A stretch of 64,000 nucleotides of DNA from an uncultured Bacteroidota bacterium (GTDB lineage Bacteria; Bacteroidota; Bacteroidia; Bacteroidales; CG2-30-32-10), in contig CAISZK010000072.1 of NCBI GenBank assembly GCA_903889915.1, positions 1,585 through 65,584 on the forward strand. Reading direction: 5' to 3'. Under the pieces are notes generated by a model that worked only from the letters and a program-made list of their open reading frames with translations, did not search any database and had not been told where the DNA came from. The position numbers and the translations under genes are program-made. Shown here piece by piece: positions 1 to 8,218 of the stretch. Numbering within the stretch: position 1 is the first letter of the stretch; each line of letters opens with the position of its first letter.

Positions 1-2
1 CA

Positions 3-623
3 TTAAATGTTGGTGATACCCTATACATTAATCTTAATAGTTCAGCATGTGATTCTGTCTCACCTTTAGTTATTGATTCAATAAAAACTATCAATATTAA
101 TGGAACAAATTTAAGGGTTCAATATGTTAAGTGTGTTTATTATTATTCAGGTGTTTGGCAAGGGCTAATAGATACAATCACTTATAAAATAATTGAAAGA
201 ATTGGGGATGATCAAGTATGCTCTTCATGTACTAATTTTATTTTCGATCCTGTATGTGATAATTGGGAATATTTTACATGGACAGGTTTGAGATGTTATC
301 AAGATTATTCAATTTTATATAAAAGTGGCAACTACCCTTATCCTTGCGATACCTTAATTGATGGGTCTACTGGAATTTCGAATTTTTCGATAGAGGAAAA
401 TATTATTGAAATTTTCCCAAACCCTTCAACAAATAATATTACTATAGAATGTTCTCCTCAATCAACAATACAAGTCTCCACCATCCACGGTCAACTAATA
501 AAAACCCTCATAACTACCGGTACTAAAACAAATGTTGATGTTTCATCATTTCAAAATGGAGTGTACATTGTGGAAGTGAAAACGGAAAAAGGAATTGCAG
601 TAAAAAAGTTTGTGAAGGAATAA
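3..623 (+). CDS. 5'-truncated secreted protein with T9SS type-A C-terminal sorting domain
   Basis: Frame 3 has no stop from base 3 to the TAA at 621-623, so the N-terminus lies outside the window. The C-terminal ~75 aa (IFPNPSTNNITIE...GVYIVEVKTEKGIAVKKFVKE) is a typical Por_Secre_tail-like domain. Confidence 0.7.
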   Translation, partial: LNVGDTLYINLNSSACDSVSPLVIDSIKTININGTNLRVQYVKCVYYYSGVWQGLIDTITYKIIERIGDDQVCSSCTNFIFDPVCDNWEYFTWTGLRCYQDYSILYKSGNYPYPCDTLIDGSTGISNFSIEENIIEIFPNPSTNNITIECSPQSTIQVSTIHGQLIKTLITTGTKTNVDVSSFQNGVYIVEVKTEKGIAVKKFVKE

Positions 624-972
624 TGATGCTAAAGCAAAAAGGAAGCAATTTTTTTTATCAGTTCACTAAAGTGAAACTGCAACAGATGGCAGCAGCAGAG
701 CATTTATTAAAGTTATTTTTGATTTAAATTATAAACAAAATGAACCTTGTTTTTATAGTTTTTTAACCTTAGTAGAAATGATGAAAAACCAAGACATCCT
801 GACCTTATTACCTTGTTTCGGGGTGAATAAGGTTATAAGGTTGAAATGTCTGTGTGGCTGCTTTTTCTATTAAGGTTGAAGAGGTGGGAAATAAGGTTAT
901 TTTCGAATAAAAATTGTGAAATAGAACCGGGGAAATTGATGAAATGTAAATGATAAAAATAAGAAAAATTCA

Positions 973-2433
973 ATGAGGAAATTCCTGACAATTTTAATTA
1001 TTATAATCCCATTTTTTTGCACTGCACAAAAGCAAGGGAATATTTGGTATTTCGGAGATTCTGCTGGCGTTAGTTTTAATAGTGGTTCGCCTGTTACTAT
1101 TTTAGGTGGGAAAACTGGAACAGATATTCCTTATAATATAGATAACCAAGAGGGGACATCGTGTGTATCTGATAGCGCAGGCAATATTTTATTTTATACT
1201 GGAGGACAAACAATCTGGAATCGCAATAATATTCCAATGCCGAATGGTACAGGTATTATGGGTGGAGTTTCTTCTACACAATCTAGTTTAATTATACCAC
1301 TTCCAGGTAGTGACAGTATTTTTTACTTGTTTACTTCTGATGAATTCCAAAGTTTTCCAAATTCAAAAGGCTATCGTTATACTGTTGTTGATATGTGTTT
1401 AAATAAAGGAATTGGGGATGTAGTTACCAGTCAGAAAAATATTTTATTACTCGATAGTTCGACAGAAAAATTAGCTGCTTGTGAAGATGCCAGTGGTAGT
1501 GGTTATTGGATTGTAGGTCATAAAATGTTTTCTGATGAATTTAATGCATGGCATTTGACATCAGGGGGGATTACTAATACGATAGTTACACATATTGGTA
1601 CAATTCATGGTTGGAATAGTTCGAATTCAACTTGGAATTCTTATGCTTCTCAAGGGCAAATGAAATTAAACTCTACAGGAACAAAACTTGCCTTGGCAAT
1701 TGGAAATTTTGATCCTGCTTATCTTGATCTATTTGACTTTAATGACAATACTGGAATAATATCGAATTATTGTCATCTGGTTATTGACAGTGCATTAAAT
1801 AAATACATTTATGGTGTTGAGTTTTCACCTGACGGTTCTAAAGTTTACGTTACAATTTTTAATAATTCTGGCACAAGCCAAATTTTTCAATATGATATTT
1901 TAGCTGGAGTTGGAAATTGTGATTCAATTAAGGCTTCATGTTTCAATTTGTTCCAATCAAATAATAATTTACGGTTTATGGGAATGCAATGTGCGCCAAA
2001 TAACAAAATATATGTGGTTTCTTCCGTGAATCAACTCGGCTGTATTAATTTCCCAGACTCATCTAAACTGGCAGCCAACTTCGATTCAATTGTAATTTCA
2101 CCAGGAAATACTTGGAATTATATGCTTCCAAGTTTTATTGCGGGATATAAATATCACAATGGAATTATTAATTGTTTGACTGATGAAATTGTAAATGTTG
2201 AAAAGATTGGGAATATTGATATTTACCCAAATCCCACTATTAATAACTTCACTATAGAAACCCCACAATTTTCCACAATAGAAATCTCAAACATCGAAGG
2301 GCAGATTATAAAAACCCTCACATCCGTTGGCACCAAAACAAACTTTGATGTTTCCTCATTCCTCAGCGGAGTCTATATCGTAGAAGTAAAAACCGAAAAA
2401 GGAATTGCCATGAAGAAATTCATCAAAGAATAA
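973..2433 (+). CDS. secreted protein with T9SS type-A C-terminal sorting domain
   Basis: ATG at 973. Signal-like N-terminus MRKFLTILIIIIPFFCTAQ. C-terminus IYPNPTINNFTIE...GVYIVEVKTEKGIAMKKFIKE. A terminator hairpin follows. Confidence 0.8.
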   Translation: MRKFLTILIIIIPFFCTAQKQGNIWYFGDSAGVSFNSGSPVTILGGKTGTDIPYNIDNQEGTSCVSDSAGNILFYTGGQTIWNRNNIPMPNGTGIMGGVSSTQSSLIIPLPGSDSIFYLFTSDEFQSFPNSKGYRYTVVDMCLNKGIGDVVTSQKNILLLDSSTEKLAACEDASGSGYWIVGHKMFSDEFNAWHLTSGGITNTIVTHIGTIHGWNSSNSTWNSYASQGQMKLNSTGTKLALAIGNFDPAYLDLFDFNDNTGIISNYCHLVIDSALNKYIYGVEFSPDGSKVYVTIFNNSGTSQIFQYDILAGVGNCDSIKASCFNLFQSNNNLRFMGMQCAPNNKIYVVSSVNQLGCINFPDSSKLAANFDSIVISPGNTWNYMLPSFIAGYKYHNGIINCLTDEIVNVEKIGNIDIYPNPTINNFTIETPQFSTIEISNIEGQIIKTLTSVGTKTNFDVSSFLSGVYIVEVKTEKGIAMKKFIKE

Positions 2434-2448
2434 ATTGATTTCCCCCCG

Positions 2449-2488
2449 AAAGGTTTCACCTTTTCTTCCAAAGGTGAAACCTTTTTTA
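2449..2488 (+). terminator. rho-independent terminator
   Basis: Stem aaaggtttcacc (2449-2460) pairs with ggtgaaaccttt (2473-2484) and is followed by a T-run, 16 bp after the stop of the 973..2433 gene. Confidence 0.65.
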
Positions 2489-2549
2489 CACTACCACCCT
2501 TCCCTCCTTCCCTCCTTCCATCCTTCCATCTCTCACCTTCTTTTCCATC

Positions 2550-2616
2550 TTAACCAAATCTTAATCCGATATTAATTCCCCCTTAATTCCGGCTATCTGT
2601 TGATTGAATAGTTTTG
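2550..2616 (+). promoter_or_regulatory. phased cTTAAt boxes plus -7 box (TAGTTTTG)
   Basis: TTAA cores at 2550, 2561, 2572 and 2583 (exact 11-bp phasing). TAGTTTTG starts at 2609, 26 bp after the last core and upstream of the 2689 gene. Confidence 0.5.
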
Positions 2617-2688
2617 GCGAAACTTAAAAATGTGCCAAAAGGAAGTCTCAAAACTTTTCAAAAATAATTTATAGATTACGTTAAAAAC

Positions 2689-3360
2689 ATGGAACAGCAT
2701 ATTGTAAAAATAAAATTGATCGAGAAGACAACTCATGATGTGCTGCATATTCTCACCGAGAAACCTCTGAAATATGTTTACACACCCGGACAAGCAACGG
2801 AAATTTCAATCAACAAACCCGGCTGGACTGATGAACGGCGGCCTTTCACCTTCATCTGCACTCCCGAACATACGTATCTTGAATTCGCCATCAAAACCTA
2901 TCCCGAACGCCACAGCGTCACCAACCAACTGCTGCAACTGAAAGTGAATGATGAGTTGATACTGCACGAGGTTTTTGGTACCATCGGCTACAAGGGTGAG
3001 GGTGTATTTATCGCCGGAGGCGCAGGCATCACTCCGTTTATTTGTATTTTCAGACAGCTTCGGGAAACAAATAAGATAGGAAACAACAAGCTCATCTTTG
3101 CCAACAAAACCATGGAAGATATTATTCTTGGGCAGGAATTTAAAAAAATGTTGGGCAGTAACTTTATCAACATACTGTCGGAGCAAAATGTGGAAGGCGT
3201 TGCTCATGGAATCATCACACAGGATTTTCTGAAAGGACATCTCGATAAACCGGGGCAAAACATCTACATCTGCGGTCCCGACCCCATGATGGATGCAGTA
3301 TGTGGCTTTTTAGCCAACCTGCATGTGGATGAAAATTTAATTATTAAAGAAGCTTTTTAA
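2689..3360 (+). CDS. FAD/NAD(P)-binding oxidoreductase (ferredoxin-reductase-like fold)
   Basis: 223-aa ORF with an RPFTF flavin-binding-type motif and a GGAGITP nucleotide-binding motif. The two-domain length fits small FNR-like reductases. Confidence 0.7.
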   Translation: MEQHIVKIKLIEKTTHDVLHILTEKPLKYVYTPGQATEISINKPGWTDERRPFTFICTPEHTYLEFAIKTYPERHSVTNQLLQLKVNDELILHEVFGTIGYKGEGVFIAGGAGITPFICIFRQLRETNKIGNNKLIFANKTMEDIILGQEFKKMLGSNFINILSEQNVEGVAHGIITQDFLKGHLDKPGQNIYICGPDPMMDAVCGFLANLHVDENLIIKEAF

Positions 3361-3422
3361 AAATACGAGGTATCCAGAATTATTCAAAAAACAACCACTA
3401 AGCACACCGGGTCCAACAGGCT

Positions 3423-3454
3423 ACACATAGAAATTATTTAGTGTTTCTATGTGT
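3423..3454. promoter_or_regulatory. perfect 11-bp inverted repeat upstream of nuoA
   Basis: acacatagaaa (3423-3433) and tttctatgtgt (3444-3454) are separated by 10 nt. No T-run follows. It lies 49 bp upstream of the nuoA ATG. Confidence 0.4.
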
Positions 3455-3502
3455 TCTCAGTGATCTTAGTGTTAAAAAAATTACAAGAACAAAACTCAAC
3501 TG

Positions 3503-3919
3503 ATGGAGCAAAATATCTCTCTTACACCCTTTATTGTCTTCGTTATTATTACGGTCGCTCTTGTGGGGATAATGATCGTTCTTTCTTATTTTTTAGGTGA
3601 ACGCCACAAAGAAAAGACCACCGACGATGCTTTCGAATCAGGCATCATTCCCACCGGCGATGCACGCCTGCGCTTCTCTTCCAGCTTTTACATCATTGCC
3701 ATGTTCTTCGTCATATTCGATCTCGATGCTGCTTTTATTTTTCTGTGGGCAGTATCATTCCGCGAGCTGGGACTGCCCGGTTATATCGGAGTATTCATCT
3801 TTATAGCCATCCTGATGGTACTTTTAATTTATGAATTAAGCATAGGCGCTATTGACTTTGGACCTAACGGCAAAAAGATACTGAAGTCAAAAAACAAATT
3901 CAAATCATCGCTTCCATGA
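3503..3919 (+). CDS. nuoA: NADH-quinone oxidoreductase subunit A
   Basis: 138 aa with three hydrophobic segments. First gene of the nuo cluster. Its stop overlaps the nuoB ATG (ATGA). Confidence 0.9.
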   Translation: MEQNISLTPFIVFVIITVALVGIMIVLSYFLGERHKEKTTDDAFESGIIPTGDARLRFSSSFYIIAMFFVIFDLDAAFIFLWAVSFRELGLPGYIGVFIFIAILMVLLIYELSIGAIDFGPNGKKILKSKNKFKSSLP

Positions 3920-4539
3920 TCACAACTATCAGCAAAAATATGGTTACAGATAACCAACTCACCGAAGAAGCGATTCATAAATCAATACTTTTCGGAAAGT
4001 TGGATGAAATGGTAGCATGGGGAAGAAAAAACTCAATATGGCCTTTTGGCTTTGGTCTTTCATGTTGCTTTGTTGAAATGGCCACTTCCATTACCAGCAG
4101 GTATGACATTTCCCGCTTTGGAGGCGAGGTTATCCGCGGCACTCCCCGCGAAGCCGACATGATGGTGGTTGCAGGAACTGTCTTTATCAAGATGGCTCCT
4201 ATTATCAAAAGACTTTACGAACAAATGATGGCTCCCCGCTGGGTGATCTCCATGGGTTCCTGTGCAAATTCGGGTGGCATGTATGATATTTACAGTGTGG
4301 TGCAGGGCGTTGATAAAATTCTGCCTGTTGATGTTTATGTTCCCGGTTGCCCTCCCCGTCCGGATGCTTTTCTTGAAGGGTTGCTCTTGTTGCGCGAAGC
4401 AATAGGCAATGAACAAAGGCCTTTCAGTTGGGTGGTAGGCAGTCAGGGAGTTCATAAAATTGAAAAGAAAAACAACAGGGATTTGAAGCAGGAAGAACGC
4501 AGCAGGATGGAAAATTTAAGACCGATGAACGGAATTTAA
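3916..4539 (+). CDS. nuoB: NADH-quinone oxidoreductase subunit B
   Basis: N2 cluster ligand motifs are present: [18 protein letters not shown] and VPGCPPRP. Confidence 0.95.
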   Translation: MITTISKNMVTDNQLTEEAIHKSILFGKLDEMVAWGRKNSIWPFGFGLSCCFVEMATSITSRYDISRFGGEVIRGTPREADMMVVAGTVFIKMAPIIKRLYEQMMAPRWVISMGSCANSGGMYDIYSVVQGVDKILPVDVYVPGCPPRPDAFLEGLLLLREAIGNEQRPFSWVVGSQGVHKIEKKNNRDLKQEERSRMENLRPMNGI

Positions 4540-4552
4540 TTCACGTTGTTGA

Positions 4553-6307
4553 ATGAACAATACTGACCGAAACATATTATCAGAGATCGCTTCCGCATTT
4601 GGCGACAATGCCATCCTTTATCATCAGTTGACAAAGGATGACACGCCCACTATCTGGATTGAAAAAAACAGTCTGGTGAAGGTATTGCAACATCTGAAGA
4701 ACGGAATAAGCGAACCCTATAAAATGCTTTTTGACCTTACCGGCATTGACGAACGAACAAGAACGCATTTAAATGGTCAGCCAAAATGTGATTTCACAGT
4801 GGTTTATCACCTCACTTCTTTTGAACGAAATGAAGACATCCGCATCAAAGTTCCGCTCAAAGAAAACGATCTACAATTGCCCACCATTACCAATGTTTGG
4901 GAATCGGCCAACTGGTACGAGCGCGAGGTTTACGATATGTTTGGTATTGACTTCACCGGTCATCCCAAACTGACAAGGATATTAATGCCCAGGTCATGGA
5001 AAGGTTTCCCGTTAAGAAAAGAACATCCGGCAAGGGCTACGGAACTTGCACCTTATGTATTGACAGAAACAATGAGGGATGAAGAGGAAGCCGACCTGAA
5101 ATTTAACCCTGCAGAATACAGGATGGAAACAAAAAGTGAAGACAGTGATTTCATGTTTCTGAACATAGGTCCTCAACATCCCGGAACACATGGTTTATTG
5201 AGATTGATCGTTCAACTGCACGGTGAAGATATTGTGGACATCATTCCCGATATAGGTTTTCATCATCGCGGCGCTGAAAAAATGGGTGAAAGGCAGTCAT
5301 GGCATACGTACATTCCCTACACCGACCGCATTGATTACCTGAGTGGCGTTATCAACAATCATGCATACCTGCTGTCGGTTGAAAAACTTGCAGGAATAAA
5401 GATACCCGAAAGGGCTGATGTGATACGCATCATGATGAGCGAGCTTTTCCGTATTGCAAGTCACCTTGTATGGATCGGCACTTTTGCACAGGATATGGGA
5501 CAGATGTCGCCGGTGTTCTATGCCTTCAACGACAGGGAAAGAGTGTTTGATATAGTGTCGGCAATAACAGGTGGCCGCATGCATCCTTCCTGGTTCAGGA
5601 TAGGCGGTGTGGCTCATGATCTGCCCGATGGCTGGGAAAAACTTGTTCAATCCTTTGTGGATTATTTTCCGAAACGACTGAAAGAATATGACAAACTCAT
5701 TATAAAGAACTCAATTTTCAAAGCAAGAACGGTTGGCATCGGCGTTTACACAACTGAAGAAGCTATTGAATGGGGAATAACAGGCTCAGGACTCAGAGCT
5801 ACCGGATATAACTGGGATTACCGCAGGAAACGCCCTTATTCACGCTATGAAGATTTCGATTTTGAAATACCACTGGGAAAGAATGGCGATTGCTACGACA
5901 GGGCGATTGTGCGAATGGAAGAAATGCGGCAAAGTCTGAGAATAGTGCAGCAATGCATCAACAACATGCCTGCGGGGCATTACAAATCCGATCATCCGCT
6001 GACAGTACCTCCCAGAAAAGAAAAGACTATGCAGGATATTGAAACGCTCATCAACCATTTTGTAAACGTTTCATGGGGTCCTGTAATTCCTGTCGGCGAA
6101 GCAATGGTGCCGATTGAAGGAGCCAAAGGGATCAATGGTTATTATCTGATAAGCGATGGAAGCACCTCATCCTACCGCTCACGGATAAGAACGCCTTCAT
6201 TCCCGCACATGCAGATGCTGCCATTTATCAGCAAGGGATATACGATCCCTGATCTGCTTTCTATACTTGGCGCAATGGATTTTGTTTTAGCTGACCTCGA
6301 CAGATAA
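4553..6307 (+). CDS. nuoCD: NADH-quinone oxidoreductase fused subunit C/D
   Basis: 584 aa. The N-terminal part is NuoC-like ([14 protein letters not shown]). The C-terminal part is NuoD-like ([11 protein letters not shown] ... DFVLADLDR). Confidence 0.95.
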   Translation: MNNTDRNILSEIASAFGDNAILYHQLTKDDTPTIWIEKNSLVKVLQHLKNGISEPYKMLFDLTGIDERTRTHLNGQPKCDFTVVYHLTSFERNEDIRIKVPLKENDLQLPTITNVWESANWYEREVYDMFGIDFTGHPKLTRILMPRSWKGFPLRKEHPARATELAPYVLTETMRDEEEADLKFNPAEYRMETKSEDSDFMFLNIGPQHPGTHGLLRLIVQLHGEDIVDIIPDIGFHHRGAEKMGERQSWHTYIPYTDRIDYLSGVINNHAYLLSVEKLAGIKIPERADVIRIMMSELFRIASHLVWIGTFAQDMGQMSPVFYAFNDRERVFDIVSAITGGRMHPSWFRIGGVAHDLPDGWEKLVQSFVDYFPKRLKEYDKLIIKNSIFKARTVGIGVYTTEEAIEWGITGSGLRATGYNWDYRRKRPYSRYEDFDFEIPLGKNGDCYDRAIVRMEEMRQSLRIVQQCINNMPAGHYKSDHPLTVPPRKEKTMQDIETLINHFVNVSWGPVIPVGEAMVPIEGAKGINGYYLISDGSTSSYRSRIRTPSFPHMQMLPFISKGYTIPDLLSILGAMDFVLADLDR

Positions 6308-6347
6308 ATAAAGAAAAAATTAAAGATAATAACGATTTTAAATGATG

Positions 6348-6447
6348 ATAAAATCCCGAAGGGATGAAATGATTATAGTAATAAGAAGCATGAGTATTTT
6401 AAAACCCCGAAGAGGTGATATAATATCTCATACCTTCTGGATTTTGC
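6348..6447. repeat. ~100-bp three-hairpin-module repeat (copy 1) in the nuoCD-nuoE spacer
   Basis: Modules lie at 6353-6365 (ATCCCGAAGGGAT), 6404-6416 (ACCCCGAAGAGGT) and inverted at 6430-6442. The element aligns along its length with 16755-16856. Confidence 0.7.
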
Positions 6448-6469
6448 ACAACATCACACAATATTATCA

Positions 6470-6934
6470 ATGCTGACTGATATAGAAAAAAAAGAAATAA
6501 TGGAAGAAGCCGGACAATATCCTTATCCGGCTGTTGCCTGCATTGATGCTTTAAAGATCGTGCAGCACCATCGCGGATGGGTGTCGGACGATTCAGTGAA
6601 AGATATTGCACAATTACTTGAAATATCAAATGAGGATGTGGACGGTGTTGCAACATTTTACAGTCGTATATACAGAAAACCCGTTGGCAGGAATGTGATA
6701 CTGATCTGCGATAGCATTAGTTGTATGATCATGGGTTATGAATCAATGTACGAATACATCTCTTTGAAACTGGGGATACACTTTGGAGAAACAACAAACG
6801 ATGGGCGCTTCACACTGCTCCCAAATTCATGTCTCGGCGATTGCGATCATGCCCCTGCGATGATGGTAAACAATGACCATTATAACAAACTGACTTTTGA
6901 AAAAATTGATGAATTGCTTTCGAATTATAAATAA
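6470..6934 (+). CDS. nuoE: NADH-quinone oxidoreductase subunit E
   Basis: 2Fe-2S ligand motifs CDSISC and CLGDCDHAP. Position in the operon. Confidence 0.9.
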   Translation: MLTDIEKKEIMEEAGQYPYPAVACIDALKIVQHHRGWVSDDSVKDIAQLLEISNEDVDGVATFYSRIYRKPVGRNVILICDSISCMIMGYESMYEYISLKLGIHFGETTNDGRFTLLPNSCLGDCDHAPAMMVNNDHYNKLTFEKIDELLSNYK

Positions 6935-6940
6935 GCTGTG

Positions 6941-8218
6941 ATGGAAAAGCCACTGACCAAATATATAACACCCGGTTCTCCCCCTCCTGATCTGAAAGAA
7001 TACAGCAGGATTGGTGGCTATGCATCTGCTCATAAGGCTTTGAAAGAAATGTCGCCTGCTGAAATCACAAGCCTGGTAAAAGCTTCTAATCTTCTTGGCA
7101 GAGGTGGCGCAGGTTTCCCAACGGGTTTAAAATGGAGTTTTGTTCCTATGGGCGAAAACAGTCCGAAACCAAAATACCTTATTTGCAATGCTGATGAAAT
7201 GGAACCCGGCACCTTTAAAGACAGGTATCTTATGGAAGGCAATCCGCATCAGTTGATCGAAGGTATGATCATTTCCTCTTATGCCATTCAGGCTGAAAAA
7301 GCATACATCTTTATTCGCTGGGCATATAAAAAGGCTGAAAAAGAACTTCGCAAGGCATTGGCAGAAGCTTATGCAGCAGGTTATCTTGGAAAGAACATTC
7401 TGGGTTCAGGCTTTGATCTTGACATTTATATTCATTCTAGTGCCGGCAGGTATATCTGTGGAGAAGAAACCGCCCTGTTCAATTCTCTTGAAGGGAAAAG
7501 AGCTATTCCCCGCACCAAGCCTCCATTTGCAGCAATCAGTGGTTTGTTTGGCAAACCTACTATTGTGAACAATGTTGAAACACTGGTTTGGATACCTCAT
7601 ATTATTGAGCGTGGTGCGGAATGGTTTAAAAACTTAAGTATGACAGGTGCAGGAGGAACTAAACTTTATGGTGTTAGCGGAAGAGTAAAAAATCCCGGTC
7701 TTTGGGAATTGCCGTTGGGAACAACATTGCGCGAAGTTATAGAGGAACATGCAGGAGGTATGCTGGATGGATACAAATTCAGGGGAGTGATTCCCGGTGG
7801 CATTTCAACAGACTTTATGCTTGAAAAACACATGGACGTAAATATGGATTTCTCAAATGTTGGCGCTGTAGGAAGCAGACTGGGAACAGGGACGATGATC
7901 ATTCTGGATGACAAAACATGCCCCGTAGCTTTTATCCATAACATTGAAAAATTCTTTGCTCTTGAAAGTTGCGGCTGGTGCACTCCCTGCCGTGAGGGTC
8001 TTGCATGGGTTGAAAAATTGCTGGCTTCTATTGAAGAAGGTACAGGCAAAATGGAATATTTAGACATATTAAAATTTCACACAAAATACTTATGCTTCGG
8101 AAATACCTTTTGTGCGCATGCTCCCGGAGCAGCAGAACCCCTGCAAAGCGGTCTGGAATATTTTCACGATGATTTTGTTCAGCATATTAATGGAAAAAAA
8201 TGTCCCTGGAGATCATGA
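6941..8218 (+). CDS. nuoF: NADH-quinone oxidoreductase subunit F
   Basis: GRGGAGFPTGLKW (FMN/NADH site) and ESCGWCTPCREG (4Fe-4S). ATG at 6941; an in-frame GTG at 6938 is the alternative start. Confidence 0.95.
   Translation: MEKPLTKYITPGSPPPDLKEYSRIGGYASAHKALKEMSPAEITSLVKASNLLGRGGAGFPTGLKWSFVPMGENSPKPKYLICNADEMEPGTFKDRYLMEGNPHQLIEGMIISSYAIQAEKAYIFIRWAYKKAEKELRKALAEAYAAGYLGKNILGSGFDLDIYIHSSAGRYICGEETALFNSLEGKRAIPRTKPPFAAISGLFGKPTIVNNVETLVWIPHIIERGAEWFKNLSMTGAGGTKLYGVSGRVKNPGLWELPLGTTLREVIEEHAGGMLDGYKFRGVIPGGISTDFMLEKHMDVNMDFSNVGAVGSRLGTGTMIILDDKTCPVAFIHNIEKFFALESCGWCTPCREGLAWVEKLLASIEEGTGKMEYLDILKFHTKYLCFGNTFCAHAPGAAEPLQSGLEYFHDDFVQHINGKKCPWRS

Noticed and set aside
802-841. Imperfect 13-bp inverted repeat (accttattacctt / aaggttataaggt) and scattered TAAGGTT motifs upstream of the 973 gene
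   Set aside because: The spacing is irregular (8, 35 and 21 bp), there is one mismatch, and there is no link to a -7 box. The evidence is too weak to call a regulatory site.
2494-2548. Polypyrimidine CCTTCC-type tract (ccttccct ccttccct ccttccat ccttccat ...) between the terminator and the TTAA boxes
   Set aside because: The low-complexity tract is real, but I cannot support any specific function and no second copy occurs in the window.
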